From Selaginella moellendorffii (lineage: Eukaryota; Plantae; Lycopodiophyta), in NCBI RefSeq assembly GCF_000143415.4, contig NW_003314281.1:1651882-1715881 (forward strand): DNA of 64,000 bases. Direction: 5' to 3'. A program made the position numbers and the translations under genes. The notes beneath the pieces are model-generated. The model had not been told where the DNA came from, made no database searches, and saw only the letters and a program-made list of their open reading frames with translations. Shown one piece after another: positions 26,390 through 39,700 of this stretch (the first letter of the stretch is position 1; every line of letters starts with the position of its first letter).

Positions 26390-26830
26390 CGTCTCTTCTT
26401 CAGCCCAACTGCGATCCTACAAAAAGCAGCTACTGTCAAATGCAAGAGGTCTAGACTTCTAGTTAAGACAAATGCCCCAACTGTCCTCCAGAAACTTTAT
26501 AGACTTTGTGCAGAATCTTGAACTTTGAGATCTCACCTTACTCTGTATGAAACAGCTGTGAACCATCAAGGCCCTTTTGCCCGAGTGGTCATCCCCAGTT
26601 GCTGATGCTGCTGTGGTTGTGGAAAAGCTGCAACAAAGAAGCGTCGCATGAGTTAGCCAAGTTGAAAGGTCACCTTATTTAGTTTCAGTGCTTGTGTTGA
26701 TCCACGTAAAGTGAGTACGAATATCTGAAACGGGGTGAATGATACTTTTTCTATAAACATTGTCTCTCTGCAACGACAACTGAATTAAATAGTGTAAAAA
26801 CAGTTCAACAATTGAGGTAGGAAGAACTTT

Positions 26831-28218
26831 TTACATATCCCAGACCCTGTTAGCGCCTGGGTGGTGATACGGCGGATACGGAGGAATCACCCCAGGATGG
26901 TGCGCCCCAAACATGTCAAAGCGACCCATCCCTGGATGCATGAAGTGCGGATAGCTAGAAACCGGAGGAAAATGATCTGCATCCAAAAGAAGACGAAGTA
27001 AGCTCCCGTAGAAACTGTGACTCGAACACCTCAAATTTAAAGACCTCTTCTGTTGTAGCCCGAGGGAGGAGATCCTTTGTAGGAATCACGCGGCCTAGGG
27101 GAATAGTACTGTCTATCCTGTCTATCGTAGCCTCGTCTCTCGGATGGGGAATATGACCTGCCAAACACGATGGAAAACAGAAGATAAATTAGACTTAGAT
27201 TACCTGGAATGACGACGACGTCTAGGTGAAGCCGACGGATGCCTCGGTGACCGCGAACGAGATCGCGAGCGACCTGCAAGCTACAAGCTAACAAGATGTC
27301 CAGAAAAAGAAAATAGAACCTCTTCGAGGGGACCGCCTTGAGCTTGGCCTGTCCCTATACATAACAAGAACAACGCTCAGTCTGATCCACTTGAGAGAAG
27401 TCTTGGAATGACTTGACGGGAAAAAGAATACCTTGACGTTTCCTTCATTCTCATCTCTGCTGGCTTCTTCCGGGTTTCTTCGGCAAAAACCACTGAAACT
27501 TCACGGCCCCTGATGAGCTGGTGATTCATCTTGTACTGCGCTTCAATGGCATCGCGAGGATCGATGAACTGTACAAAGCCGAATCCCCGAGGCTCTCTGC
27601 AAGATGCGGTGCGAGTTACACATTTCACTTGGCAACTTCTAAGACGAGTGGAACCAAACAGCTGCCAGGCCAGGGTCTTTTAGAATCTATCTCGACTTGG
27701 TAGTCTTCACCACTGAACTTCAAAAAGATGCTAAAGAAGAACGCCACTATCTCCCCAAGAACTACAGCTTAGCTACAAAGACCATCTTCAAGTCTGACCT
27801 TCTCTTGCTTCTCATCTTGAGATCTTCTCACGGCCCTTCATTCAACACTAAAGTCTCAGCAAATGTGAACTTTTTCTTTTTCTACTTTAGTCTAAACAAG
27901 CAAAGAAAAGAAAAACACACCCAAGCATCACGCCCCAAGCGCTTACCCGGAGTAGAAGTCCTTGGGAAGATACACATCCTTGACAGCTCCATAGCGCTCG
28001 AATGGGCCTCTCAGATCATCCGCCCTGGAATGGCAAAGAATCAAACCACTGCCCACAAAAGAGGATTTGTACCTCGTGTCACGCGAGATATTTCGGACCA
28101 GCAGGCTTGTCGGCGGCTCCCCGCGGCCTCCTCGCGGGCTTGAGCTGCGGCGCCGGCTGCCACCGCTCCGCCGGGACGATGGCGGAGGGCTCTCGTAGGG
28201 ACTTCGTCGCCGCTGCAT
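26831..28218 (-). CDS. SC35-like (SCL) serine/arginine-rich splicing factor; 3' end uncertain
   Basis: N-terminal RS/P extension, RRM PTSLLVRNI...KDVYLPKDFYSG|EPRGFGFVQF...VVFAEETRKKPAEMR, followed by RS-rich exons. Confidence 0.9.
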
Positions 28219-28944
28219 CTGATTCGCTAAGGTAAAACCCTACTCTTCGAGCTAGGTCTTCGTAATAAAGTTTTTCTATAAAAAAGTAAAACTCTCTTTA
28301 CTCCATTCATTTGAATATTATTCTTTTTATATTTCGTATTATTTCTAATCACAGTTACATCTATCATTACAATCTTTAAAAATATTTTTCTTATTTCTAC
28401 ACGTCAAGATAGGTTTTTGGTTTGCTAAAAAGGTGAATATGCCTAGGATATGCTTGCATAGCTCTATATCTAATGTTTAGAATAATAAACCATTTTCCAA
28501 GATTAACTAAAGTTACCGTGCTTTTCAATTCTTTGTGAATTATTGCTTTTTGAACCACCAACTTCCACAACTTAACAAGCAAGTACGAAGCTAGAAACAT
28601 GAGTGTTTGTGTGGCTAGAACACAATGATGTTGTTTATATTGCCAATTTGATGTTTCATGAGAAAAAGTTGTGGTGATTTATCCTCAAGCCAAGACTGAA
28701 AGTCAAGCACATGGAATCAAGTTTAGATTAATTTATTGATGTAATACCAAAGACCTCATAATAGTAGTTTATTTTTTGTTTTCTTTATACTTAAAATATC
28801 AAAATATATTCTTTAATCTAATAGTTTATGCTAATATTTTTATTTATGACTAATACAATCTCTCCCCCTTCCATACATATAAATACTTAGAGTGCATAAT
28901 TCTTATTGATCACTTCAAATCATAAGTTCAAAATATTTCTTAAT

Positions 28945-29130
28945 TGTAAATAACCAAAGGGAATTACTTTGGGAGATGATCCATTAAGGTTCAAATATAA
29001 AGAAAAGGGCCTATGAATAAAAGTGTATATTTTTTTCAATTGAAGGATAATTAAGGTTAAGTGTCCTTAAGTTTGAATAATATTGAGTTGGGTGACCTCC
29101 CAAAAAATTTAAAAAACTCAAGAGCTTACA
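28945..29130 (+). mobile_element. Solo 5S-bearing LTR (Cassandra-like), decayed
   Basis: TGTA...TTACA termini; homologous to 36369-36563; flanks TTAAT/CTAGT differ only by transitions (possible decayed 5-bp TSD). Confidence 0.8.
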
Positions 29131-30149
29131 CTAGTTTTGTCATCCATATCAATAATGGATTCATTTGAGAAGTTGATATATTCCATAGGGATTTGATATT
29201 TTGGATTTGATGAGCTTCATTAAGAGTCAATACATTAGATAGTTGTTTATTAGGATTTATCTTTGATAAGACTCAGGAATGGGTATTGATAGGCCTTTGT
29301 CTTTTGCTTTAATTTGTTTATAATAGCACTTAACAATCAATTATTGATATGTCTCCATTTATAGTGACATATAGCTATAATCTAAAGTATTCCATAAGTT
29401 TGACTTTGGCTTTGGTTCAAGTGCCTTCTAGAGCCCTAAATCCCTAAGACCATAGAGTATTCTTAAAATATTCCTATAGTTTATATCATTCTCCCCTCTT
29501 ATGAACTAACTATAGATATCAGTCTTTAAAAAGTTAAATAAGCCTCATATAAGGGAGTCTAAGGTGATATAACCATGGAGAAAAGTTATACAAATGGCAA
29601 TACCAATGTTGTAACAAATGGCCAAAAGCAATATAGTTTTCTCAAATAACAATATAGTTATGGAAACAAGAGATTAAAAATAGAACAATGGTTTAAATCA
29701 TATAGTAATATGGTTATAGAACTCAATTCTTCCTTTTCTTAAGAATGTCATCCAAGTCATAACCAAAACTCGAAAACACTTTCTTTATGTCATCTTTAGC
29801 CTTCTATATAGCTTTGTTTAATTAGTCATTCTATTGAACTAACAACTCCTAAGTTATCTTACAACATGTCTTCACCAACCTTTGAGCAAAAGGATAGGAG
29901 CATGGAGCAATGTTGGAATAATCTTAAAGTTTCTAACATTCTAATGCTAGAACCAATACGTAAAATAAAGTTAGGTGTTATTTCAACATACCAAAACACA
30001 AGGATATGAGTACTCCACTAGCTAACATGATATAGAACTTAGGTTTAGACCCAAGTTACACACAAAACAAAGACACACATGCAAGCAGAAGTTAGACTAT
30101 ACCTTAGGTTAATCGGCCAAATCATATCTACCCACTATCCCTACAAAAA

Positions 30150-30410
30150 TTTATTAAATATGAAATAGTGCTAAATTGTGAATTTAGATGTGGGAACAAC
30201 ACTATTGTGTTCAGAAAAATCTCTAAATTTTGTAAAATACAAAACTAGCAAATCTAAATAGTTTCCATAAATAGTCAATGGGACCAAACAAAACCAATAC
30301 ATGAAGCAATGATAGCAAGGGTGTCTTGGCAAACATGCTAAGTTATCACCTAATAAATATTGAGGGACCAAACTCAATATCATAAGGGTTCCCAACATTA
30401 ACAAGTGCAA
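30150..30410. repeat. Dispersed ~260 bp repeat, second copy at ~48428-48685
   Basis: Colinear similarity by eye (ccataaatag..gggacc, gggtgt.ttggca.aca, atattgagggac); family unknown. Confidence 0.65.
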
Positions 30411-30954
30411 ATCAATGAATGAGTTTTTCTAATCATATCAAGTATGTTTGACTAATAGCACTTAGAAATTCCATTTTTATGTTAGATGACCTTCTAGGAA
30501 GTCCATATTCAACAGCTTACATTATGATAAGGGAATATCATTTTTGTAAGTTGAGTGACACCTAGAGCAACAACAGTGGCTAACTTTGTTGGTCATTTTC
30601 TTGTCGATAAAGCCCAAATATTAGGTATACGAATAATAGTGTATTTGCGTTAGATAAAGTTAACTCATTTAAGTTGGTGCATTTTTCACAAAGAGTGAAC
30701 ACTGTTAACTTTTTTTTAGGTTGTTTCCTTGGTGGTGGTCTAGACTAGAGTATGTATTGATAAGGATGTCAATATTTTTTAAGTAGAAGAGAGTGTTGCA
30801 AATGTGATTATAGGTATCAAAAGTTACATGTCGGCAAGTCCTTTTAAATATTTTTTCTTTATTGCTATGATGGCAGGAGGTTGGTATTATTAAACCCTTT
30901 TTAAAATATCTACCTAAACTAGTTGAGAAACTGGTCTTTACATGTGCATTTCAG

Positions 30955-31529
30955 CATTATTCAAACTCAATGATGCTTAACCCTAAGTATCATAAGATTC
31001 TTAACCAATTAGAAAAGAGGATGCATTTTTATTCATGGGCCCTTTCTTTTTATATTTGAATTCTTATGAATCATTTTTTGAGTCATTCCTTTTGGTTGCT
31101 TATAATTCACTATATTTTCCTACAAGTTCATACTTTCATGGACGGAAGCTGAGAGGCACAGCTCTTCTAAGAGCCTCACTCTCTTGACACTTGACCCAAG
31201 GTCTCTTGACAGTTTACCCCTCAAGTTGAGTTCAGTTAGAGGCAAATTAGACTTACTAAATATCAATCTCAACATATGATGTGGTTCTCATAAGCTAACC
31301 AATAAAGTCAAACTTGAAACCCCTTTAATAATAAATATAACTTCTTGAATTTAAACATCCTGAGAGGTCACTTAACCCACTACTATTCAAATCCAAAGAT
31401 GCTTAACCCAAAATATTCAAGACTCTTAATTGGTTGGAAAAAGGGGTGCACTCTTATTTATGGGCCCTTTCTCTCTATATTTGAACCCTTATTGATTATC
31501 TTTTAAATCATTCTCTTTGGTTATTTATA
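30955..31529 (-). mobile_element. Degenerate TRIM: 5S-LTR (31529-31336), ~230 bp non-coding core, truncated 5S-LTR (31104-30955)
   Basis: Reverse complement shows two direct LTR copies flanking a core homologous to 42783-42985; PBS decayed to tttattattaaag. Confidence 0.8.
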
Positions 31530-32461
31530 TATAGATGATGTAGAGAGAGAAGATAGAGGCCCTATTCTTCATGAGTAAACAAACAAAACCTATTAATAAA
31601 GTTTATATAGACTTTTGTAAATAGGCAATTAGAGTTGTTTATATGGTCCGGCCCTTTAAATGAAATAAGGAACATTGACAAAGAAACGGGTGATGTGATA
31701 ACTAAAGATTTCACCATGTACACGAAATGTCGAAGCCAGTCTACCTATACTAACCCAAACTTAAAAACCTAAAAATGGACAATATCAAAGTCAGAGACAA
31801 TGATATTTTAGAGACCAAATTATTAGTGAATAAGATTTATATTAGAACATAAAAGTATTCCAGCTAAGGTATCATTTGATAAACCAAGATTATAGGATAA
31901 AAACCACCAAGATCATTAGAGGTTAAAGTCACAAGAGCAAATATTCAATAGCAAATATATCATTAAGAAAACTCAATAATAAAACTTAACTACCAAAGAT
32001 TGCAAATAAACAACTTATGAAAAACATCTCAAAGAATATAAAGTATCATTAATTGGTAAGCAAAATGTAAAAGGAAATAACATTCAAATCTATCGAAATT
32101 AATTGTAGTAACAATCAACAAAGTAAAATGAATATTGTAAGGGCAAATAAATGCTTGTTTATGCAACCATCACACTAAGCAATCTGAATAAATCTTAGTT
32201 AATAATTCAAAGGAACTAAAGTTGCTCAAGCAAGTGTTAGCAACATCTTACTAATAACTTAAACCCAATAGACCAATCCAAAGTAAACCACGAAGAATAT
32301 GTGGTAATGTAAAAAGCCAAAAACCATCAAAGAGGACAATTAACCATCATGAAAGATCATTAATCTTCTTATCAATAGTGATGCATAATCAATAATAATC
32401 TATCATCCCAAAGAACAGCAATGTAAAAAACCAAACTCCCTAAGGTGTCATATGTTAAATG

Positions 32462-35400
32462 TGTAAGTGATTAAATTTTTCATTTTACTTTAGTCACTTA
32501 ACTGCACCTCCGACCACTTGGAGGAATCTCACTTACAACCTTTATAAGTCTTATTCTGGACATAGGGCTTACTAGCCCCGAGAATGGCATCCATGCCACC
32601 ACTGACATATCAGCCTATTATATTAAGGCCATACCTATTCACCTTTGTCACACTGTGATCCAACACCACCTATATCACAGTCCCATCTCTCAAAGGTTGG
32701 GCTATCTATCTATGAGTGATCACCCTAGATCCACTTCTTCACATCCTTCCATAGATATGGGAAATAACCTTCCCCAATATCCCTTTTTCAGTCCTCACCA
32801 AGTTCCTTTCTGTCCATGGTTGTATTCACCAACACTACCACTAAATCAAGGCTTATAGGCCCGACCACTAAGTCCCACTATCCTTTGGGACTTCCTCACC
32901 ATATGACTGCCTTCTTGGTTACTACACCAAAGGACTACTTTTCTTCATTTCCACAATCCAGGATTTTGGGACAACATTTAGGAACACCGTGGCCCTACAT
33001 AAGCCTTATGGGTACTCTCCCCACTTTCTGCCTTTAGGTGCTCTAGCCATGGGGCTAGAGCAAAGTTTTGTTGAGCCATGCCAGGTATCCAAGTAAGTAA
33101 TGCCACCCACACTTGGATTGGGAGTATTGGCTATTTGATCTCCTAGGGGAGCTAAAGCTAGGTTTTGAATACTTCACTAAGCTACTCTGCTTATTTATCC
33201 ATATTCACTCTAACTTTGGACTCTTCAGTGGATATATTATCACCCAATACGTGGGCATAGCTTTCCTAGGTCACATTGGCCTTTTTTGGCCAAACTGACT
33301 CCACTAAGGTCCAACCCCCACACTCTCCCTAGTATACTTTTGGAACCCCCTATAGCCACCTTTGGAGGATGATCGCTTTGGGTTTTCACCTAACAACCTA
33401 TATTAGTATTCGGACTCGGACTCGGACTCGGACTCAGTCGTGGTTTTAGACTTGGACTCGGTCTTAATTTTGGTCTTGGTCCTATCTTGGACTCCATCTC
33501 AGGTCCATCTCGGACTCCATCTTGGGTCCATCTCAGACTCCATCTCAAACTCCATCTTGGGTTCCATCTTAGACTCCATTTCAGACTCCATCTTGGGTTC
33601 CATCTTGGACTTCATCTCGGGTCCATCTTGAACTCCATCTTAAACTCCATCTCAAACTCCATCTTGGACTCAATCTTGGATCCATCTTGAACCTCCATCT
33701 CAGACTCCATCTTAGACTTCATCTCGGGTCCATGTCGACACTTCCATGTGTCATGTGTTGGTTCTCTTATGTCCTTTTTCTAAAGACTCACTTATTGCCC
33801 ATTTCGAGCTTGTTCCTCAAGCCCTTCATTAGGAGTTCTGCTCCTACTCTTGACTTTTCAAGTTAGAACTTTTAGTCCAAATGTATTACGCTTGTTTGGC
33901 TTTTGTTTCGGCCACTACCACATGGCACCCTTTCAGCTCCACTTTAGGGATTAAGGATTTGTGTCTTACAACTCCACCACCCATAAACAAAGTTCAATGT
34001 CCTCATCGAACAATAAATCATTTTATAAAGTAACCTTATAATGGATTACCATTTTTCATCCTTGGTACACAGTTAATATTCGTTAATGGTTTAACACCAA
34101 AGGTTCAACATGCCTTGTCCATCATTTAAGGAGCATAGTCTTTCCAACTTCAAGACTTATTAAACCACTTATGGTGGTCCTTCCCCTTTTGCTCATTTAG
34201 TTTATGTTAAATTTGTTAGAGACACATTCTCTATTTCAATTTGATTACTCATTCAAGAGTAGCCTCAACCTCTACCAATATAACTATCACACTTTAGAAC
34301 TTTTAATTTTGACTTCTAGGTGTCTTCAACATTTTGCATTGTACATGTTGTGCAAACTCCACTTCCCCATCTTATGAAGTTCTTTACTTGAGGGCATCAT
34401 CATCCTCTCTCCTATTTTGTGCTACTTTAAGCACTAAATTCCATTTTTACATAATTTGTGCTAGGGTTGTCCATGGCTTTATTATTTGGTTACTTTATCG
34501 CTCTCTCCTTTGAAGCTTTCACTTTTGCCAAATTGGAGCATTTGGGAATTCATCCTTGAAAACATATTTTCTTCCTCACAATCTATTAGCATCTAATATA
34601 TGAGTGTTCCTTGCCTAACTTTGTCATTTAGATTCATTTCAATGATTTTCATGGCTCATTTTTTGCCACTGTCTTTTGCTTTTATCCTTTGATTATTGCA
34701 TAAAGCAACACAAAATCACTACTTCCATCCTTAACGTATCCTTTTGGTTTATAATAAAAGCTTTACTTTGCCAAGTCTAGAGGGTGTTTACCCTTAGTAA
34801 GTCTCCTCAATATTTTCTACTCTAGGCTTTATCCATGGCCCAACTTTGTGACCCACCCATAGGTCCTTCTTTGGAGATTATTTCTTAAATTCACAATACC
34901 ATTGTATTGTTGTAGTTCATTTCCCCTAGGTGTCCTTCCCACTTGATCACCTTGACCATTATCAATAATTCAATTCAACACTTTAAATTAAGAACTTTAT
35001 TCTTTAACCTCACAAAAACCTCGTCCTTGCTTAGCTGTAAGAGCACATAGTGATCAAACTTTGACACCTTAACAAGTTCGCCAATAGATATTATATTTTC
35101 TAGACTTTTAAGTTGTTGACAATAACCCCGAGGGCATCCCCCACACTTGGTAATGCGCCTAAATTAGCCCTTCCAGCCAAGGGTCCATAACAATTGAGAT
35201 TGGGTGTCTCCATCTCATTCACCATGTCCTTGGTGCCACTTGCACCAAAGTATTCAAGTTAAATATGCCAAGCTTTCATACTAAGCAATCTAACTGTGCA
35301 TCACAACTTTAGGGCATCCCTGACTTGGCAGTGTGCTCAAGCTTGTCTCCTCACTGAGAGTCCATAAGCACCAAAAAATGAGTGTTCTCATATTCCAAAC

Positions 35401-36363
35401 CACCTAGTGAGTTATGACTCAAATCTAAGTATTAGAGGGTTGGTGTAGTGCATGTGATCATGGGATAAAATTTAAATATACTATCACTGTGAATCTTTGG
35501 AACTTTAGGGATAAATGGGATAAAATAGCCACTAAAGGCTCTCTCATAAAGTAATTGCCCCTTTTCCAGTTAGTTTAAGGGGAGAGAGATAGAGTGCACT
35601 ATAGTTGGGACTCAAACCCAACTTCTGTATATATATCTACGGATGGCATCACCAAGGATGCCTAGCGTGACTCCCCATGCAAGTGCACCAACTTATATTT
35701 AAAGCACACAATGGACCACAGTTTAGGAATTTAGTTCTTCTACACTGCCAAGTCTTTTCACTTGACAAGTCTATGATCATGCATGGACTCTTCTATGCCT
35801 AGCCCCATAGGCCACCTGTTTTTTAAGTCAACACGTTCAACTAGGGTCTTTGTTCCCCTCGACTTGCCAATTTTACCTAGCAAATTACTCGACTAGTGTA
35901 ACATAATTTTATATATAAGTGTGAAAGTCCTTAACTATCAAATTTTGTTCAAAGCCATCTTTTTGAACACTCAAGCATTACTTCCCCAACTTTAATAGCC
36001 TCACCTCATAGTAAGCTTCAAGACCATACTTCTATTACATCACTCTGATTTCGCACATTTTATAAACCATTTACATTTGTCTTTTTAAGTACTAATCTAC
36101 CTAGAATTGTCTTTGGAACGTTGAAAGGACTCTATCCCTTAGCTTGCTAAAGCCTCTTCTTTCGCAAACTTTTTAATTGCTATATAGTCTAATATGGACA
36201 ATTCCATACTTTAGACTCTCTATAGCATTGTAGTTATTAGTAGTAACATGTTCAAACACCCATTTGATTTTCCACTTTTAATTTATATAACCATCTTTAG
36301 TTATGTCTTTCGATTCCTATAGTTCGATTTTATCCTTTTATTACTTGCTTTTTGGCCTTGTGC
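32462..36363 (-). mobile_element. Old Gypsy-like element: 3' LTR 33970-32462 with hexamer array, PPT 33983-33971, decayed internal region
   Basis: TG...CA LTR preceded on the minus strand by TGGGTGGTGGAGT; segments near 35120-35170 and 35607-35675 match the 3' UTR of the Gypsy at 41335-41580. Confidence 0.7.
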
Positions 36364-36368
36364 CTTTT

Positions 36369-36563
36369 TGTAAACAACCAAAGAGAACAACTTAAAAGAC
36401 AATCCATTAGGGTTCAAATATAAAAGGAAAGGGCTTATGAATAAGAGTGCACCCCCTTTTCCAATTGGTTAAGGGTCTTGGGATATTTGGGGTTAAGTGT
36501 CCTTGGGTTTAAATAGTACTAGGTTGGGTGACCTCCCGGGAAGTCCAAATTCAAGAGTTTATA
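36369..36563 (+). mobile_element. 5S rRNA-bearing LTR (best-preserved copy); 5S-like segment 36492-36546
   Basis: GTTAAGTGTCCTTGGGTTTAAATAGTACTAGGTTGGGTGACCTCCCGGGAAGTCC matches the plant 5S internal control region (46/55 by eye against recalled consensus); followed by a PBS. Confidence 0.88.
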
Positions 36564-36565
36564 TT

Positions 36566-36576
36566 TGGTATCAGAG
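36566..36576 (+). promoter_or_regulatory. Primer binding site for tRNA-iMet
   Basis: TGGTATCAGAG 2 nt after the LTR end. Confidence 0.9.
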
Positions 36577-36706
36577 TGGGTAGAATTAACTCCTAAACCC
36601 TAAACCCTAAACCTTGGTAGTAGAGCCTTTTCCTCAGTTCTAATGAAGGATAAAGGTGGATTGCTAAGAGATGGTAAAGGCGGGGCATAAATGAACCAAG
36701 GCAGAG

Positions 36707-39700
36707 ATGGAAACTCCTCCGAAGTTGGAGCTTTTAGTTGAACAAGAGGCTATGGATGAGGAATCCTTGCATGAGGAGGACTCTAGTGAGAAAACCTCCA
36801 AACAAGAGTTTGGTGGTGAGGTTCGGTCATCCAAGGCTCGATTGGACATTCTAGGCACAGACCAATGCCCTGCTAGAGACTCTCGTATGTAAGCTAAAGC
36901 ATGACAAGAAGCGGAAGAAAAAGCGAAAGACTATGGACGCTGGCAGCGCAGAAGGTGCAGACCCTTCGACAGGGATTGAGGCAGAACCAAACAAAGTCCA
37001 ACAAACTGAAGTGGATTCAGTCCCTCAAGTAGTTCCCAAGTACAAACCAAAGCCCGCACCGGTCTTCAAGGGAGTGAATGACTATAAGGTGATGGAGGAT
37101 TGGTTTTACGATATGGAGGACTACTTTTGAGCGTTGCGGTTACCGAGTTTAGAGAAGGTCCCATATGCAAAACCATACTTGATAGATAATGCCAAGTCTT
37201 GGTGGAGAGCGATAGAGGCTAATGAAAGATCAATGGCCACTTGGGAAATGATGAAGGCAAGGATCCGTGTGACTTATATTCTTCTGAATGCTACTCTGCA
37301 TCTAAGGGATGAGCTGAGTAGGTTGAAGCAGACTAGAACCATTCAAGAGTATGTGAATTAGTTTATGGCAAAGAGGATACTTGTCACGGATATAGGTGAT
37401 ATGGACACGTTCCATGCCTTTATATCAAGCTTGCAAACCTAGGCTCGCGGTGAGGTGATGCATTGGAACCTGACCAACTACAAAGAAGCGTTGGATTCGG
37501 CTATCAAGGTGCATTTCAATGATAACCTATGAAAGGGGAACACGACGGGGTTGGGGTTAACGTTTAGCAAAGAGGTTAAACCAAGGGGAACATATAGCAA
37601 AGGGAAATTCAAGAAGAGTTTCTCTAAGAATGAGTCCTAGGGGTTCTAGAGTTGGCTAGTAGCATGGGAAATAATGTATGCTACAACTGTGGTGAAGTAG
37701 GACACTTCTTGAGAGAATGTCCCTATCCAAAGAAAGCTAAAGCCAATATGGCCATTAAGTCAGGTGAAATCCAAACTGAGGTACGTGATTTAGTCTCTAA
37801 CTCAAAGTTACTCATTACACGAGCAACTTTGGTAGAGAGTCTTTTGCGACATCTACTAACCCTCCGAGGGAAGCTCGAAGGTAGCTTTGTTAAGATCTTT
37901 ATTGACACAGGTGCTTCAGATAATTTTGTAGTTGTAGATATAGTCCAACAAGCTAGACTAACGGTGCAACAGCTAGGTGAATCAAGGACTATAGAGTTTG
38001 TTCAAAGTAGCCAAAGCACCGATGAGGTACTTCGACAAGCAAGAGTCGAAGTAGGGATATGGAAAGTAGAAATGGATTTCACGTGTTGGATATGGCGGGA
38101 TTTGACGTAATCTTTGGGATGGATTCTGCATGGACAAGGTAGGAACTTTGTGGTGCTAGCAAATGCCTGGGGAAAACGATCCAGGGTAGAGGCCTAGGAT
38201 CTAAAGGTAGGGCAATGTAAGGCAAAAGATTCTTGCCTGAGAGGACAACTAACTAAAGAGACCAAGGCAGCATTTTTGTGCTTACTCTTGGTGAAGAGTG
38301 ACAAAAAGACGGGAACAGAAGAAGTACCTTTAGTGATTTAGCGAGTGTTAGACCAATTCCAAGATACCATGCCGGAGGAGCTACCGGTGGGGTTGCCCCC
38401 CGCACAACCAATAGAAAGTAAGATCAAGCTTGTCGAGGGTGCTAAGGCGGTGGTTTGTCCCCCCTATCGTNNNNNNNNNNNNNNNNNNNNNNNNNNNNNN
38501 NNNNNNNNNNNNNNNNNNNNNNNNNNNNNNNNNNNNNNNNNNNNNNNNNNNNNNNNNNNNNNNNNNNNNNGACAAGTACCCTTTGCCAAGGATTGAGGAC
38601 TTGTTCGATAGGTTGGGAAAGGCAAAGTACTTCTCAAGGATTGACCTAAAGTCAAGATACTACCAGATCAGGGTAGCAGAGGAAGATATTGAGAAGACAA
38701 CCTATTGAACAAGGTATGGGAGCTTTGAGTTTTTTGTGATGCCCTTTGGGCTATGCAATGCGCCAGCAACGTTTTCGGCGTTGATGAACCACATCGTTGT
38801 ATTCCATTTGGATCACTTTGTGGTCGTCTATATTGATGACATCCTGATCTATAGCGAGACGCTAGAGGAGCATGCTAAACACTTGACGAAGGTGTTTGAG
38901 AAATTAAGGGAATACAAACTGTATGCTAAAGAGAGCAAATGTAACTTTGCTTAACAAAAGGTAAAGTTTCTCAGGCATGTGGTGGGCAAGGATGGGTTCA
39001 ATATGGACTTTGAGAAGGTCCAAATGATCCAAGAATGGGAGTGACCATTGAATGTACATGAGTTGAGGGCATTTTTGGGGTTATGCAACTACTACTGAAA
39101 GTTTATTAAACACTATTTGAGAGTAGCCTTACTTTTAACAAATCAAATGGGTAAAGGGAAAATGGTATGAACAATGGAAAATGCGAGGTGACATTTGTCC
39201 ACTTCAAAGAGAAGTTGAGGAAGACCCCTGTGTTGGCATTACCAAACTTTGGTAAGGACTTTGAGGTAGAAATGGATGCTTCAAACTTTGCATTGGGCGC
39301 AATTTTAAAGCAAGACTACCATCCAGTGGCGTTCTTCTTGAAGAAGTTGGACAAGGCTCAACAAAAGTGGCTTGCCCATGAGAAGGAATTATTTGCAGTG
39401 GTTAAGGCACTTAAGGAGTGGCGACACTACCTTGGGAGGCACTTTAAAGTTTACACGGATAATGTGGCAACAAAACACTTCTTGTCACAACCCGACCTAA
39501 GAGGGAAACAAGGTCGATGGGCCAATGTGTTGGTTGAGTTTGATTGCAAGATTCTATATAAACCTGGGAAGAGCAACATCATGGCAGATGCTCTAAGTCG
39601 AAAAGCAAGCTTGAAGTTGGCGATATCTAGTGCGACGACAACCTTTTGGAACGATGTGCTGACAGCGTATGAGAATGATGGTCTAGCACAAGAAGTGTTG

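Noticed and set aside
36492-36546. 5S rRNA gene
   Set aside because: Only ~55 nt of the ~120-nt gene, lacking both ends and embedded in an LTR; treated as a captured promoter
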